Shown here in pieces: positions 38,131 through 50,498 of a stretch of 64,000 nucleotides of DNA (position 1 is its first letter; each line of letters opens with the position of its first letter). Source of the stretch: Octopus vulgaris (Eukaryota); NCBI GenBank assembly GCA_951406725.2, contig OX597834.1, forward strand, positions 8,742,001 to 8,806,000. Direction: 5' to 3'. A program made the translations under genes and the position numbers. The notes below the pieces were generated by a model. The model saw only the letters and a program-made list of their open reading frames with translations, searched no databases and was not told where the DNA came from.

Positions 38131-38834
38131 ATTGTTGTATTTCGGAATGGTCATTTTGCCAGTTTAACCAATAAAAACACACGCACTATATATTCGGTGT
38201 TACTTTGCTTCAGTGTTATTTATTTTTTACATTAATCTTAATCTTATTTCGGCCAGACTTCTTTCGTCACACTCCTGTGACCGCATCAGTGGTCCTTTGC
38301 TTTCTTCTTTCTTATTTGTGTGTCGCTCCTTACTAACGGTCAGCCATTTTATATTTCTATTGTATGTGTGTTCATTTGCGCGTAATAACAATAATAATAA
38401 TAAAAATAATGATAATAATAGTAATAATAAGTGGATGTAAGCACGAACAAAATTTAAAAAAAAGAATAAACAAAAACAAAAACAAATTACACGGACGTAT
38501 ATAAACAGAAAAAAATATTACAGGCATTCCCCCCACACACATGCACGCTAACTAAACATAGACGCACATATAGATATACGCATGCGCAAATGAAGACACA
38601 TACAATAGAAATACAAAATCGCTGATGGTTAGTAAGGAGAGACACACAAATAAGAAAGAAGAAAGCAAAGGACCACTGATGCGGTCACAGGAGTGTGACG
38701 AAAGAACTCTGGCCGAAATAAAATTAAGATTAATGTAAAAAATAAATAACACTGAAGCAAAGTAACACCAAATATATAGTGCGTGTGATTTTATTGGCTA
38801 AACTGGCAAAATAACCATTCCGAAATGCAACAAT
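38131..38834. repeat. 251-bp inverted repeat (38131-38381 / 38584-38834) with ~200-bp spacer
   Basis: The arms are reverse complements, roughly 94% identical by manual comparison. Both end at CATTTGCGC. Confidence 0.9.
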
Positions 38835-39670
38835 ATAAGATAATACATACGGGTGAAATTTTTGTAAATAAGCCATCTTTTTATTCCAGTATTATAAATC
38901 TAGGAGCACATTATCCATTTTTCAGTTCTGAATATGCAGAAGAAATACCAACCCGATAACACCCGACTGTATTAAAAAATGAACTAGCTTTCAATAATCT
39001 ACATTTTTTTTTTCTCTCTTTTAGACACACTATCTATGGACTATATAACATGTTTGGAGCGGTTTCTTTTTTCCAGTTTATCCATTGCTGATATTATCAT
39101 GAGAATTTATAGCCAATGGTATTTTTAGCCTTGGCTTTTAACTCTAAACAATACGTTCTCAAGTGCCTTGTTCTATGTAGTGAGAAATAAAAGCATATCA
39201 CCTACACTAAGGCCATAATGCATGTTGTATGCTATGTCCAGTATGTCGAACAGCCTTGATAATGATTCTGCCTTTGCTGGTGTATTTAATTTTATTAATC
39301 TTAGAAATGCATGTGTGGCCTTCTGTTCCGTGAGGAGTTTATCTAGTAACGGATTTTTGTTTTACCTTATATACCTTATATAACTTTCGCTTCTATAAGA
39401 CTTAGCTCAGGCACGTCTATGTCAATCTGTCATTTATATTTAATGCAACAAATTAGCCTATGGAAACTCTTAAGATATACTAGATACTATAATGATGCAC
39501 TATGAAATGCATCAGGTTAAACCACGTTCACCAGACGCAGGATGTTCCAACATGTTTTGCGCTCTTGATACAAGGATATATTCAGACACATTTGGGATTC
39601 GCATACTGAATTAAAAGAAAGTCTTCTGTAGCACCGTTTTAAAACCAAGTATTTCCAGTTGACCTGAATA

Positions 39671-40069
39671 TCTTTATATATAAAAAAAGAGGTTGTGTGC
39701 TGTCTGTCTCCTACGATTTAGATTCCTAACTACTCCCACATTTTGCGGTGCAGTTTAATCAAAAGCGGGTATCTTATAGTCGTGATTCATATCGAGCCCT
39801 TCTGGGTATTAGCGCGCGTCTACGATGAGTCTACGATTTTCAAAAAAATTAACATAATTTTTTCCATTTTTAATGCATTTTCGCTCGGTTTATATAAGGG
39901 AAGTAACTCTCTAAAAATGTATTATTAAATCTCAGAACGTAAAAAAAACAGTAACACCCCGCTTTATTTTTAGCCATATTGAATGATGGCTATTATACTT
40001 TACATCTCTAAAAATGCTTATATAGTTATTTCCCTTACAAACCCGAGCAACGCCGGGTGATACTGTTAG
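39671..40069 (+). mobile_element. Non-autonomous Helitron
   Basis: A|TCTTTATATA start, hairpin at 40042-40057, TTAG|T end. Confidence 0.82.
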
Positions 40070-40246
40070 TCAAGTATAATTGCAAAAGACATTACTTCAC
40101 TTCACATGTAGGAAAAGGCAGGAGAAAACTTTGTTTTACGTTTATTCAAAAAACGAAACCGCATCAGACGTAGTTTGCAGTATACCGTTATCTTAAGCTC
40201 GACAGAAACAAATAAAAATCCTTTCCGTACTTTAGTAAGAGAACAG

Positions 40247-40630
40247 TATGCCGAGAAGAAGATGTATGAATCAAATTTCGCAACTTCAGTCCCAGTATCA
40301 TGTGGAAACCTGACTACTCGGTTAACTTGAGATGGAATTTGTCAGGCAGCGAAAGAATGTTTTAAACCATGGTTGGTTAGTAATATACGTACATGCTTCA
40401 CGCAGCGTCATGGAAAGAACTTCCAAAAAAAGATATATTATACAAGTCTGAGACACCATTAGATAAAAGAAGAGATCACTTAGGTGGACATCGCTAAAGA
40501 AGAGCAGCTGGGCATCACTATTGTGGAAACTTTGACGTTGCCATAATCACATTTGTTCAAAGCGATGGCGTATATCATTTCCACCGTGATCCATCCGATC
40601 ATGCTGATGAGGTTTGTGCTATCTCCTTAG
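40247..40630 (+). pseudogene. Possible Tc1-type transposase N-terminal relic
   Basis: MPRRR start and decayed similarity to the Tc1 HTH region; weak. Confidence 0.3.
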
Positions 40631-41043
40631 CAACTATGAAACCTACGATCGATATTAACTGAGGTGTATTTATTCTACTTTTACTTGTTTGATAATTATT
40701 ATGTTTTAGTGTGACACTTCTATCAATTACCTTCATTTGTAAATAAACGGCAGAGTGAAGACAACAGTGATCGGTGATTCAGGAGGCATTATGAACAAAG
40801 TAACCAGTTCTTAGGCACGATGTTTAGACACGATGGTTTCTAACGTTTGCCAATATAGCCTTCAAACCTTAAGGTATTAATGTCTAATTAATTGTTGCTG
40901 CATCCTGCATCTAATATGTCTAAAATAATATAACTGTTCAAACATTGTCTTGTAGTAAAATTCCTTCTATTGCTTGTTTTTGGTCCCAAACCAACATTTA
41001 TGGACCAAAGGAAGTAGTTCTCCGTGTTACCTTTTATTATGTA

Positions 41044-41390
41044 CTAGCAGGATTGGCCGTTTTTATATCTTGATTTTTTAAATTTTTCATGCAATTTACG
41101 CATGCTTGCACGCGTGGTGAACACACTTCACGTCAAACAGCTGACTGAGTAAAGTTCACTATTCAATGCATGGGATAAGGCCTAAACAAACACATTATCG
41201 ATTTTTGCACTTGCGAGGTTAATTTTGGAACAGAAATAGCGCAGTTCAATTTTTATTCGCCTAAACTTTAAGCGACCCATTTTTGGTGGTTCTACGATTT
41301 GTTGGCTAGGATATGTGCCGGGAAGTTAAACACACAGACACACACACAGATACACACACAGACACACAAGTTGAGCTTTATATATATAGA
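41044..41390 (-). mobile_element. Non-autonomous Helitron, different internal sequence
   Basis: Minus strand starts TCTATATATATAAAGCTC and ends ...CCTGCTAG|T. Confidence 0.6.
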
Positions 41391-42800
41391 TTTCGTGTGC
41401 AAGGCATACACCGCATGGTGATTTTCGCTTTCAGTAGCTTTTCTGACTATCTCCTTTATTACCAGGATTAGAATCTGCACTTCTCAAATAGCCAAAAATT
41501 CTTACTATGACCATTATGATTGAACCAGATAAGTAAATTAAAAATTTACATCCTTATTAAACTTTTTGTAAATGCTTCATGTTACAAGGAGGTTAGGTTT
41601 AGAGTTAGGGTTATATATGAAAGGGAAATATAGACGTGACTATCTATTATATCTCTATTTCTACACAAGAATTGTATCTAGGTTTTGCAATACTTAATGC
41701 ATTCAAAGCATTGTTTTAAATTAGTAAGATGTTATGAGATTATTGGGCTTTAGTTAACAGCAGAATAACTGAGCGAGTGGGAAATAATTTTAATTGGCTC
41801 GTGTAGTTAAAATATATTTGAGCAAATCTAATTAATTTTTAATTGAAAAGCAATTTTCAAACCAGAAGAATTTAATCCAAAATTTTATTTACATTCACCG
41901 GTGAAATGAAAACAGCATTTACAGATTTTTGAAAAAATACAATGACGCTTTCATTTGTAACCATGGAGAACTCAACATATTCTAATTTTAGTGGATATAA
42001 ATATTTCATTCACAAAATTTTGTAATAAACGCCATGAAATACAAGTGAACACAAATTAGTCAAAAATATTGAATGTAAGGTTAGCAATTTAACTTAAATG
42101 TCTCTTAGTTCACATTTAATTTGAATATAGTGGCGAGGAATTCTGAACACGTCATACGTAATTTTTTTGCATACATACATAAATACATACATACATACAT
42201 ACATACATACATGCATACTTACATGCATGCGTGCGTGCGTGCGTACGTACGTACATACATACATACATACATACATACATAAATACAAACATACATACAT
42301 AAATACATGCATGCGTGCGTGCGTGCGTGCGTGCATGTGTGCGTGCGTGTGTGCGTGCGTTCGTGCATGCGTGCGTGCGTACGTACATGCATGCGTGCAT
42401 GCGTGCATGTACACACACACACACACACACACACACGTCCATGCATCCATCCATGATGATGATGATGATGATGATGATGCCCTAACAACTGGGCCATTGC
42501 GCCTCCCGCAATCACACACACATAAATATATATACATATACGTATATATGCATATACGTATATATATATGAAAAAACAAGTCAAGATAGATAATGCTAAC
42601 ATAATTTTATAAAGAACATTTCAGTTCCGGTTTCAGGCATTTGAGACATTTTCAACTGTAACGATTAAATAATTAAATTTAGAAAAATTAAAAGAAAAGT
42701 TTGTTTCAAGGAATATTTGTATAGTATTCAAATATAAGTGGAATTTTCCTTGTTTCTGCCTTTGTCTGTCTCTCTTGTTTACACTTTATACGTATATATA

Positions 42801-42949
42801 TAGTAAAAAAAACACAAATTTCCACACGAAAGCCCGTGATTTCTGCCCTTGGCATGTAGCTTCAACCGTGCTTTCTTACGTAAATTTGCTACCCGGGTAT
42901 CGGTTAACCGAATTATCCATACTAGGATAATTCATTCAACTACTTAAAC
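42801..42949. repeat. ~150-bp direct repeat, copy 1 (copy 2 at 44736-44886)
   Basis: The copies differ by 4 substitutions and A-run length. Both are followed by (TA)n. Confidence 0.92.
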
Positions 42950-43306
42950 ATATATATAGTTATCTAATCAGGTGATACTCACAAAAAACTACTTTAATGA
43001 ACCGGGCTGCAAATTGCACAGTAATCTAATACCTTGTCATATGGAGCTAAAGTGGATCATGATGCTAGTTGCGGAACCATAGTAAGATAAATATATTCAT
43101 CTTACACCTCCTGACTTGCTTTATATTCCGTTCATATATATTTCTATGCATACTAACAAAGGCATGTCCATGCATACATACATACATATATACATACATA
43201 CATACATACGTACATGCATACATACATATATACATACATACATACATACATACATACGCAGCCGCGCACAGAGCCACGACTACACACACAAGTATGCATA
43301 CAGTCT

Positions 43307-43670
43307 GGAGGCGCAATTGCTCAGTGGTTAGGACAGCGGAGTCGCGGTCGTTGGATCGCAGTTTCAATTCCCAGACCGGGCGTTATGAGTGTTTATAGAA
43401 CGAAAGCACCTAAAGCTCCATGAGGCTCCGGCAGGAGGTGGTGGCGAACCCTGATGAACTCTTTCAACACAACTTTCTCTCACTCTTTCTGCCTGTTTCT
43501 GTTGCACCTGTATTTCAAAGGGCCATCCTCACAAAATGTGTCATGGTGACACTACGTAAAGTGTACACGTGTCTGTAGAGTGCTCAGATATTTGCACGTT
43601 AATTTCACGAGCAGGTTGTTCCGTAGATCGGATCAACTGGACACCCCTTCATCGCAACCGACGGAGTGCC
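43307..43670 (+). mobile_element. SINE family C, tail variant 3
   Basis: tRNA-Arg-like head. Tail ...GAGCAGGTTGTTCCGTAGATCGGATCAACTGG...CGCAACCGACGGAGTGCC. Confidence 0.85.
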
Positions 43671-44497
43671 ACGAAACATACACTGAAATCCAAAGAGAGA
43701 AACACGGAAAAGAAAGTGAAAGTAATTTGTTTTGACTACGAATATATGTGTTCTTGCGTTAATCCTATTTGCTTGGTATTACCTATTCACATGAATACTT
43801 TACTCTTCCAACAGGTAGAATGATTCCGAGGGCTAACGCTAAAGACTAACGAACGTAGGGATTAATATGAAGAGATGGATTTAAATTGACAAACTAGAAT
43901 TGATATATAGAATGACCCATCGATCTTCCGTTATTTTACATTAGTGACAGATAGATGACTTCATATTTAGAATGCTAGATATTTTTTTAAGGAGGGGCGG
44001 AATGCATCACCGCAATGTTCACAAATACAAAATGTTTCCAAAATGAAATATCAAAGACGTAAATGTTTGGATAGACAGAGAGTGAAATGGGTATTAGGAC
44101 AAATAAACTAAATTTTTTTTTCAAGGACGTAAGAGGTCGCAAATATTAGCTTGAAGCTTATTTTTACATTTTTATACATTCACCTTAATTTTATTGATTC
44201 ATGTAAATGGGTGTCTATTATTATTCCGCAACTTTCACAAAATAATTTTTGTGGTACGTATGTATAATCACACACACAGACTCCCCCCTCTCTCTCACAT
44301 ACACACACACGCACACACATAACGTGTTACCTTGCGATGATTATTTATACATTTAAATATAATGTGCTGATAGATATAAGTCCATTCCTAAGACAGGGTC
44401 AATAAAACAAATTAAAGTATAAGACAGAAAGAACTTTTCTTTTCTACTTCGTGAATTCAAAATACTTTCAATATCAGCGCCTCTTTCTCTCTCACTC

Positions 44498-44588
<91 letters not shown>

Positions 44589-44591
44589 CAT

Positions 44592-44696
44592 AAGTTCCTT
44601 GTCTTTCCTGATGAGAAGACAGCATAATGCACCCTTAATTCCTTCGGAATTAAGAACAGGCAGTCTTCGAAACATGTGTCGAGAATAAAGGAATTT
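44592..44696 (+). ncRNA. Type I hammerhead ribozyme with extended stem I and branched stem II
   Basis: Core CTGATGA at 44608-44614; stem II GAAGAC/GTCTTC; GAAA at 44669-44672; stem III AC(ATGT)GT; GTC| cleavage after 44680. Stem I is 4 bp + 3x3 internal loop + 9 bp (AAGTTCCTT/AAGGAATTT). Confidence 0.9.
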
Positions 44697-44735
44697 TGTT
44701 AAATCGTCGTTCGACTCCATTCTTTCATTTATCTA

Positions 44736-44883
44736 TAGTAAAAAAAAAACACAAATTTCCACACGAAAGCACGTGATTTCTGCCCTTGGCATGTAGCTTC
44801 AACCGTGCTTTCTGACGTAAATTTGCTACCCGGGTATCGGTTAACTGAATTATCCATACTAGCATAATTCATTCAACTACTTA

Positions 44884-44886
<3 letters not shown>
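44736..44886. repeat. ~150-bp direct repeat, copy 2
   Basis: See 42801-42949. Lies about 40 nt downstream of the HHR. Confidence 0.92.
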
Positions 44887-44940
<54 letters not shown>

Positions 44941-44996
44941 GCATATATATATGTGTGTGTGGGTATATATATGTGTATATATATATATATAACACA

Positions 44997-45059
<63 letters not shown>

Positions 45060-45068
45060 ATGTGTATG

Positions 45069-45104
<36 letters not shown>

Positions 45105-45478
45105 TCTCTCTCGACATCAGTAACTAAACTATAATATAAAGAAAACAGTCAGGATATGTTATTCAGGCATATGTCTTAAAAATAGTTACAAAAATCATTT
45201 AAAGATTTGCAAATTTAGAACAAAATTTAGAAAAAAAAATTATATATAATCGAACATATAATCGATTACATCAAGAAGCATAAGTAAAAACATTTCTTGA
45301 TCTTGTACCTCATAGTGTACGTTATTTTCTATTTTATTTTTATCATTGTGAAATATTGCCTGGGTGGATAGAATACAGTAGGTCATTCTGTACAAATTGC
45401 TACATTGGAACGACCCACGTACACATACATACATTTATGCATACATGCATACATACATACATACACACATATATATAT

Positions 45479-45542
<64 letters not shown>

Positions 45543-45638
45543 ATATATATATATTGATATTGATTATAAATATATATTGATATTGATATATATATACAGG
45601 TATATATATGTATATATATATATATTTATATATGTATA

Positions 45639-45702
<64 letters not shown>

Positions 45703-48188
45703 ACATATATATATTTATATATAAACAGAAATTGCTAAAACAACGACAAAACGAAATTACGTAAAGAACATCGACCAAAAGTATATTTCCACGAACCTTA
45801 AACAATTTACCGACGTAACCAGCTTTAAAAGAAAATATTTTCACTGGCCCTCGATGAAAAGAAAAAAAACTAATTGGCCCAAGCCAAAAAGATCATAAAA
45901 AATTAGTGGGATAAGGCAACAGTTCGTGTACCTCCTGACTCATTGGAAGCGACAAACACGATGTTTATTGTAAATGTCTCGCGCAAGAGCAGCTGAGCAG
46001 AAATAGCATCTATATGTCAAGCGGAGGAGGTTTTGAAGGACATCCTACAAAACGTGGTCCACTTACAAAGAGGCAAACGTTGAGGATTCAGGTTCACGCC
46101 TAGAGTGGAAACGGAACAGCAGAGAAGACTGGTCCGGGATAACCATTGAGATCCTGTTCCTTTTGAAACCAGAAACATGGAAAAAGTTCCGGATCTTATT
46201 CGCCCAACAGGATTGACTTGTATGTTATAGCAGAAAGCAGAAAGCCTAAGTGCGATATTTGAGAGGTCACAATTCACATCATGGCTTTCACAAAAGGCAG
46301 AAGGAACGAAACCACTCCCAACACCCAAACAAAACCCTTAACATATTGGACTACTGGAGGTGCCAGGATGTCAATGGCTTCGATGCAATTTTAAGTGTTG
46401 AGTTCAGATTTTAGTATGAGACTTATTCTCCTATAATATTCTTTTCTTATTTTTTCCTTTGTGGTAGCATGTTTTATACCATCTTCCTTTATCTCTGGGT
46501 ATTTCTAACTTTCTTGATGGTGGTCTCGATATCTAATTTAATGGAAGCTGTTTGCGGGATTTGCCCCCTGCAAATGGAGGTTATCACACTTATCAAGGCC
46601 AAAGTCCATCCCAATGCCATTACTGAATTCTTTAATAGTTGTCAGCAACCCTGCTACCCCTTCGTCATTTCTAGCAAACAACATCAGATTGCCCATATAA
46701 AACAGATGATTTATCGTCATATCGTAATCTTTGAAGCCATACCTGGTGTTCTTTAGTTCGTTTGAGAGTAGGATCAATGCCATGCAAACTTCAAATGGGG
46801 AGAGGGAATCACCTTGAAAGATAAGTAGTGTGATGTTGTTAGTTAGGCTCATCCCATTACTATGTTGTAGAAAGGGACGTGTGCCTCACTTGGCCATGCT
46901 ACCTTGTAAGAATTTAGAGATGACAAGAGAGATTGCAGATATCGCAAGGGCCTTGAGTATTTTACTATGTGGGACACTATCAAAAGCTTTTCTGTAGTCT
47001 AACCACACTTATGTTCTCTTTTTGCCCCAGAAATTCCCTACAGTCATTTTACGTATCAGTAATTGATCTTTGTACCCATAAGAATTCCTTTGAAAGTATT
47101 TTTGAACTTGTGGAATGATAGATCTCTGTTCCAGAAAAGTGTTTATTCTCTCAGTAATATGGCTATGAGGATCTTGTAGGTGGTGTTGATACATGTTATA
47201 GGTCGGTAGTTCCTTGGATATTTTATGTCTTCAGTTTTTGGTAGTTGGTACATTGTTCCTTCAGGCAGCCAGACAGGTATTTGCTCTGTGCTCAGGATGA
47301 CGTCAGAGATGCAACGAAATCTTCGTCTAGTCTACTTCTGTCAGACAATTCAGCCAGAAGTCAGGAATTCGGTCTCGTCCTGGGGTTTTACATTTGTGAG
47401 ACTTCCAGACAACGCATCTTCGCTATCATATTTCTATCATCCGTCCATTTCTGCTTTTCAACTTCATCCAGTCTCACTTTCTCACGCTCTATCTATTCAG
47501 CTTTAGTACTATATTATTTTTGTAGCTCCATATCTTCTCTCAGAACTCTTCCATTTCCTCAGTTTTATGTGGCTTCTTTACTCGTATCCTACTTTTGCCA
47601 ATTTCCCTATAAAATTTCTTTGCAGCTGTCTTGAATATCTTATTTTGTCGATAAAATTTGTTTCTTTTGTTATATCTTCTGAGCCGTTGGGCTTTCAGTT
47701 ATATTCATTCTTTCAATTGTTCCTTGGTTGCAGGGAGTTTTATAGAATTTTTGATTTCATATTTTTCCTTAATTTTCCTAAATGGTTTCGTATTAACGTT
47801 CTCAGACTCTAGCAAGTTCATCGAGAACTGATACATCCGCTCGCAGATATTCGATCACTTTTTGTATTGCTACTTTCCACTTATGACGTCTATTGACATG
47901 ATTGGTCCTTTTCTGTGTCGTCCTTATTCCTAGTTGAGCAGTTAAAACTTACCAGTGGAATAGATGACGTTATTTACAGTTTTTAGATAATTCCCCTTAT
48001 TACTTAAGATTTATCTAAGAGCAACATTATATATCATGATTATGCTATTGTTCTTATACTGATTGAGAGCTTTGCCAGTGGTTCTCTATTGATGCTGTCA
48101 GTAGACACAATCTTGCTGAGTTCTCTGATAATATCTTCTTTTGCTTCTATGATCTTCTCTTTATTATTCATCTCAAATTCTGTGTCAT

Positions 48189-48557
48189 CATCATCATCAT
48201 TGTTCGACCGTGGTCGAGACAATGGAATTTACCATGCTACGCCAGACTTCACGGTCCATCATGGCATTACGGAGGTCCTGTTGCTGGATGCCTGTATCCC
48301 TGGAGATTACATCAGGGTAGGAGAGTGTGCGCCCTCTGGTATCGCGAGCAGATGGCTTCCAGAGGAGAAGAGTAGAAATTGCCTCGTTTTCAGCTCTACA
48401 ACAATGTCCAGTAAACTGGACTCTCTTACCTTTCACAAGAGATGACACAGGTGGTAGTTTCCCATATATTTGCATTTTGGTTGGATGGCGCTTCCACGGG
48501 AGATTTTGAGCTCTCATAAGGAGGCGAGTGTAGGTTCCATCCAACCGCCTCTCAAGC
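48189..48557 (-). mobile_element. 5'-truncated RTE-type LINE with (GAT)n tail and 11-bp TSD
   Basis: Encodes LERRLDGTYTRLLMRA...AMMDREVWRSMV, then (TGA)n. TTCTGTGTCAT is duplicated at 48178-48188 and 48558-48568. Confidence 0.88.
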
Positions 48558-49105
48558 TTCTGTGTCATACCTATTCTCATGTTCTTGTGGTAAGTCTACT
48601 TTATCCTGTTTTACCGCATATCTGTTTTTCTTTATTCTTTCTCCAGCTCCCTCGTTGGGATGGATGTGCAACTCGTACACTGGGTTCTGTGCATGCGTTA
48701 CCTACTTCAACAGAATTGTTGCGGTTTTCATTTGGTCTTCCATGAAATATTCGTGTTCTAAAGTAACTAATTTCAGCTTAGTTACACTTTTATTTTTAAT
48801 GATGCCTCTACGTACATTACATAATATATTTGCGTCTATATGTCTGCGTACTTCATTGCCTACTAAGTTCCTCCGTGAAATGTAAGTTAGTACTATGAGG
48901 TCATTGTTTGGGTTTAGTTAGGCTGTATAGAAAACTTTCAACACGGCTCTATAATCTTCTCTAGTCCATTGTATGCGTTTTGGTGGCGTCACTACAGATC
49001 TAGTGTAGGGTTATCTTCGATCTGGTTACCTACAAAATCCTTTCTTAGAAAGTTGGTTCCAGCAGCAGGCTTTCCGATCCTAGTCTGATACCTCACTGTG
49101 TAACG

Positions 49106-49186
49106 TGGGCCTTGTTGTCCCGGCTGATGACCGGGCCCTTGTTGTCCCGGATGATGACCGGGCCCTTGTTGTCCCGGCTGAAGACC
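49106..49186. repeat. Three 27-bp tandem units within the Dong-type ORF
   Basis: Unit GGGCCCTTGTTGTCCCGGCTGATGACC; the minus strand encodes PGQQGPGH(H/Q) repeats. Confidence 0.9.
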
Positions 49187-49428
49187 GATCTGGCATGAGG
49201 TTTGGGTTGTCATTAAGGTATTGACAGTGACAATAGAAGACGGGTCTATTTGTTCAGAGTTGGGATTTTGATTTTCCTTATTCTTCTAATTGATATACTT
49301 ATAATAACATTCGCTGAGAGATCGAAAATACCCTATATTCTTTTTGTTTTGCAACTATGTCCCCGGTATAACTCTTCGGTTATGTTTTAAACTTAAAGAC
49401 TAATTTAACCGTTTATATTTGTTTGTGT

Positions 49429-49712
49429 GGAGGCGCAATGGCCTAGTGGTTAGGACAGCGGACTCGCGGTTTCGATTCCCAGACCGGGCGTTGTGAGTGT
49501 TTATTGAGCGAAAACACCTAAAAGCTCCACGAGGCTCCGGCAGGGGGTGCTGGCGATCCCTCCTGTACTCTTTCGCCACTTTCTCTCACTCGTTCTTCTG
49601 TTGGCCTGCTCGCTTAGCCACTGGGGTGGCGTCATTTGAAGGCTAAGGCAATGCGAAGCACATTGTGACAAGCGATGTGTAACAACATCTGATAGCCTGG
49701 TCGGTCACGGTG
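49429..49712 (+). mobile_element. SINE family C, tail variant 2, with 13-bp TSD
   Basis: ATATTTGTTTGTG at 49415-49427 and 49713-49725. Confidence 0.9.
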
Positions 49713-50207
49713 ATATTTGTTTGTGGGAAGCCGCTTTGTTATAGTTTGGTGCAGCGTTGCTCGTGGCACCTGTTTTTTTTTCTTTTCTAGTCCGTGCGTG
49801 TACAGGCGAGTCGTGTAGGCATACCTTATGTTGCTTATAATATCAGCATGTGCACAAGGATGCATGAACTGTTGCATATATAGGTAATTAGTCAAATTAC
49901 GTACTTTCTGTATAAGCGGTAATTTTCCAGGTGTCCTGGCGATGGTTTCGACTTCTCGCGTACGTTGCATTGAGATACCGTGTATTAAAGAAAGAAACTA
50001 CAATTTATATAAAGAAAATAAAATATTTCCGTTTTTTTAATTACTCTGCTTTACAGTAATTTTCCCTCAGTTGTGCTGCGAAATTTTCCTTCCATCGCAC
50101 CGATGTTACTGGATTGAATTGATTTTGTGGAGAGAGCTTCTTAGTGAAAGCCCATGTTGTTGTTCAGCCCGAGTTTCATAATTAATATTTATTTTATCAT
50201 TATTATT

Positions 50208-50262
<55 letters not shown>

Positions 50263-50393
50263 TTGTTGTTGTTGTTGTTGTTGCTGTATACATAAATACA
50301 TATATATATATAAATATATTTATATATACATATATATATATATGCGTATATATATACTACGTATATGCGTGTATATATATATATATATACATG

Positions 50394-50498
<105 letters not shown>

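Larger units (their letters stand above)
46340..49290 (-). pseudogene. Degenerate R4/Dong-type LINE (N-terminal domain + RT), interrupted by an RTE insertion
   Basis: Frameshifted peptides: KRIQWTREDY (N-terminal); SYGYKDQLLI; IFQGDSLSP; HLFYMGNLMLFA (cf. YMDD); GMDFGLDKC; EAIDILAPPVVQY. Confidence 0.85.

Noticed and set aside
39060-39660. Possible very old LINE fragment; similar weak Tc1-like hints at 18400-18700 and 25780-25950
   Set aside because: Similarity is limited to a few residues by eye, and a profile search (tBLASTn or nhmmer) would be needed to call them.
42801-44886. LTR retrotransposon bounded by the 150-bp direct repeats
   Set aside because: No TG...CA ends, PBS, PPT, TSD or gag/pol remnants between the repeats.
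49106-49186. CTGATGA/CTGAAGA in the 27-bp repeats as hammerhead cores
   Set aside because: No downstream GAAA or stem III; explained by Pro-Gly-His/Gln codons on the opposite strand.
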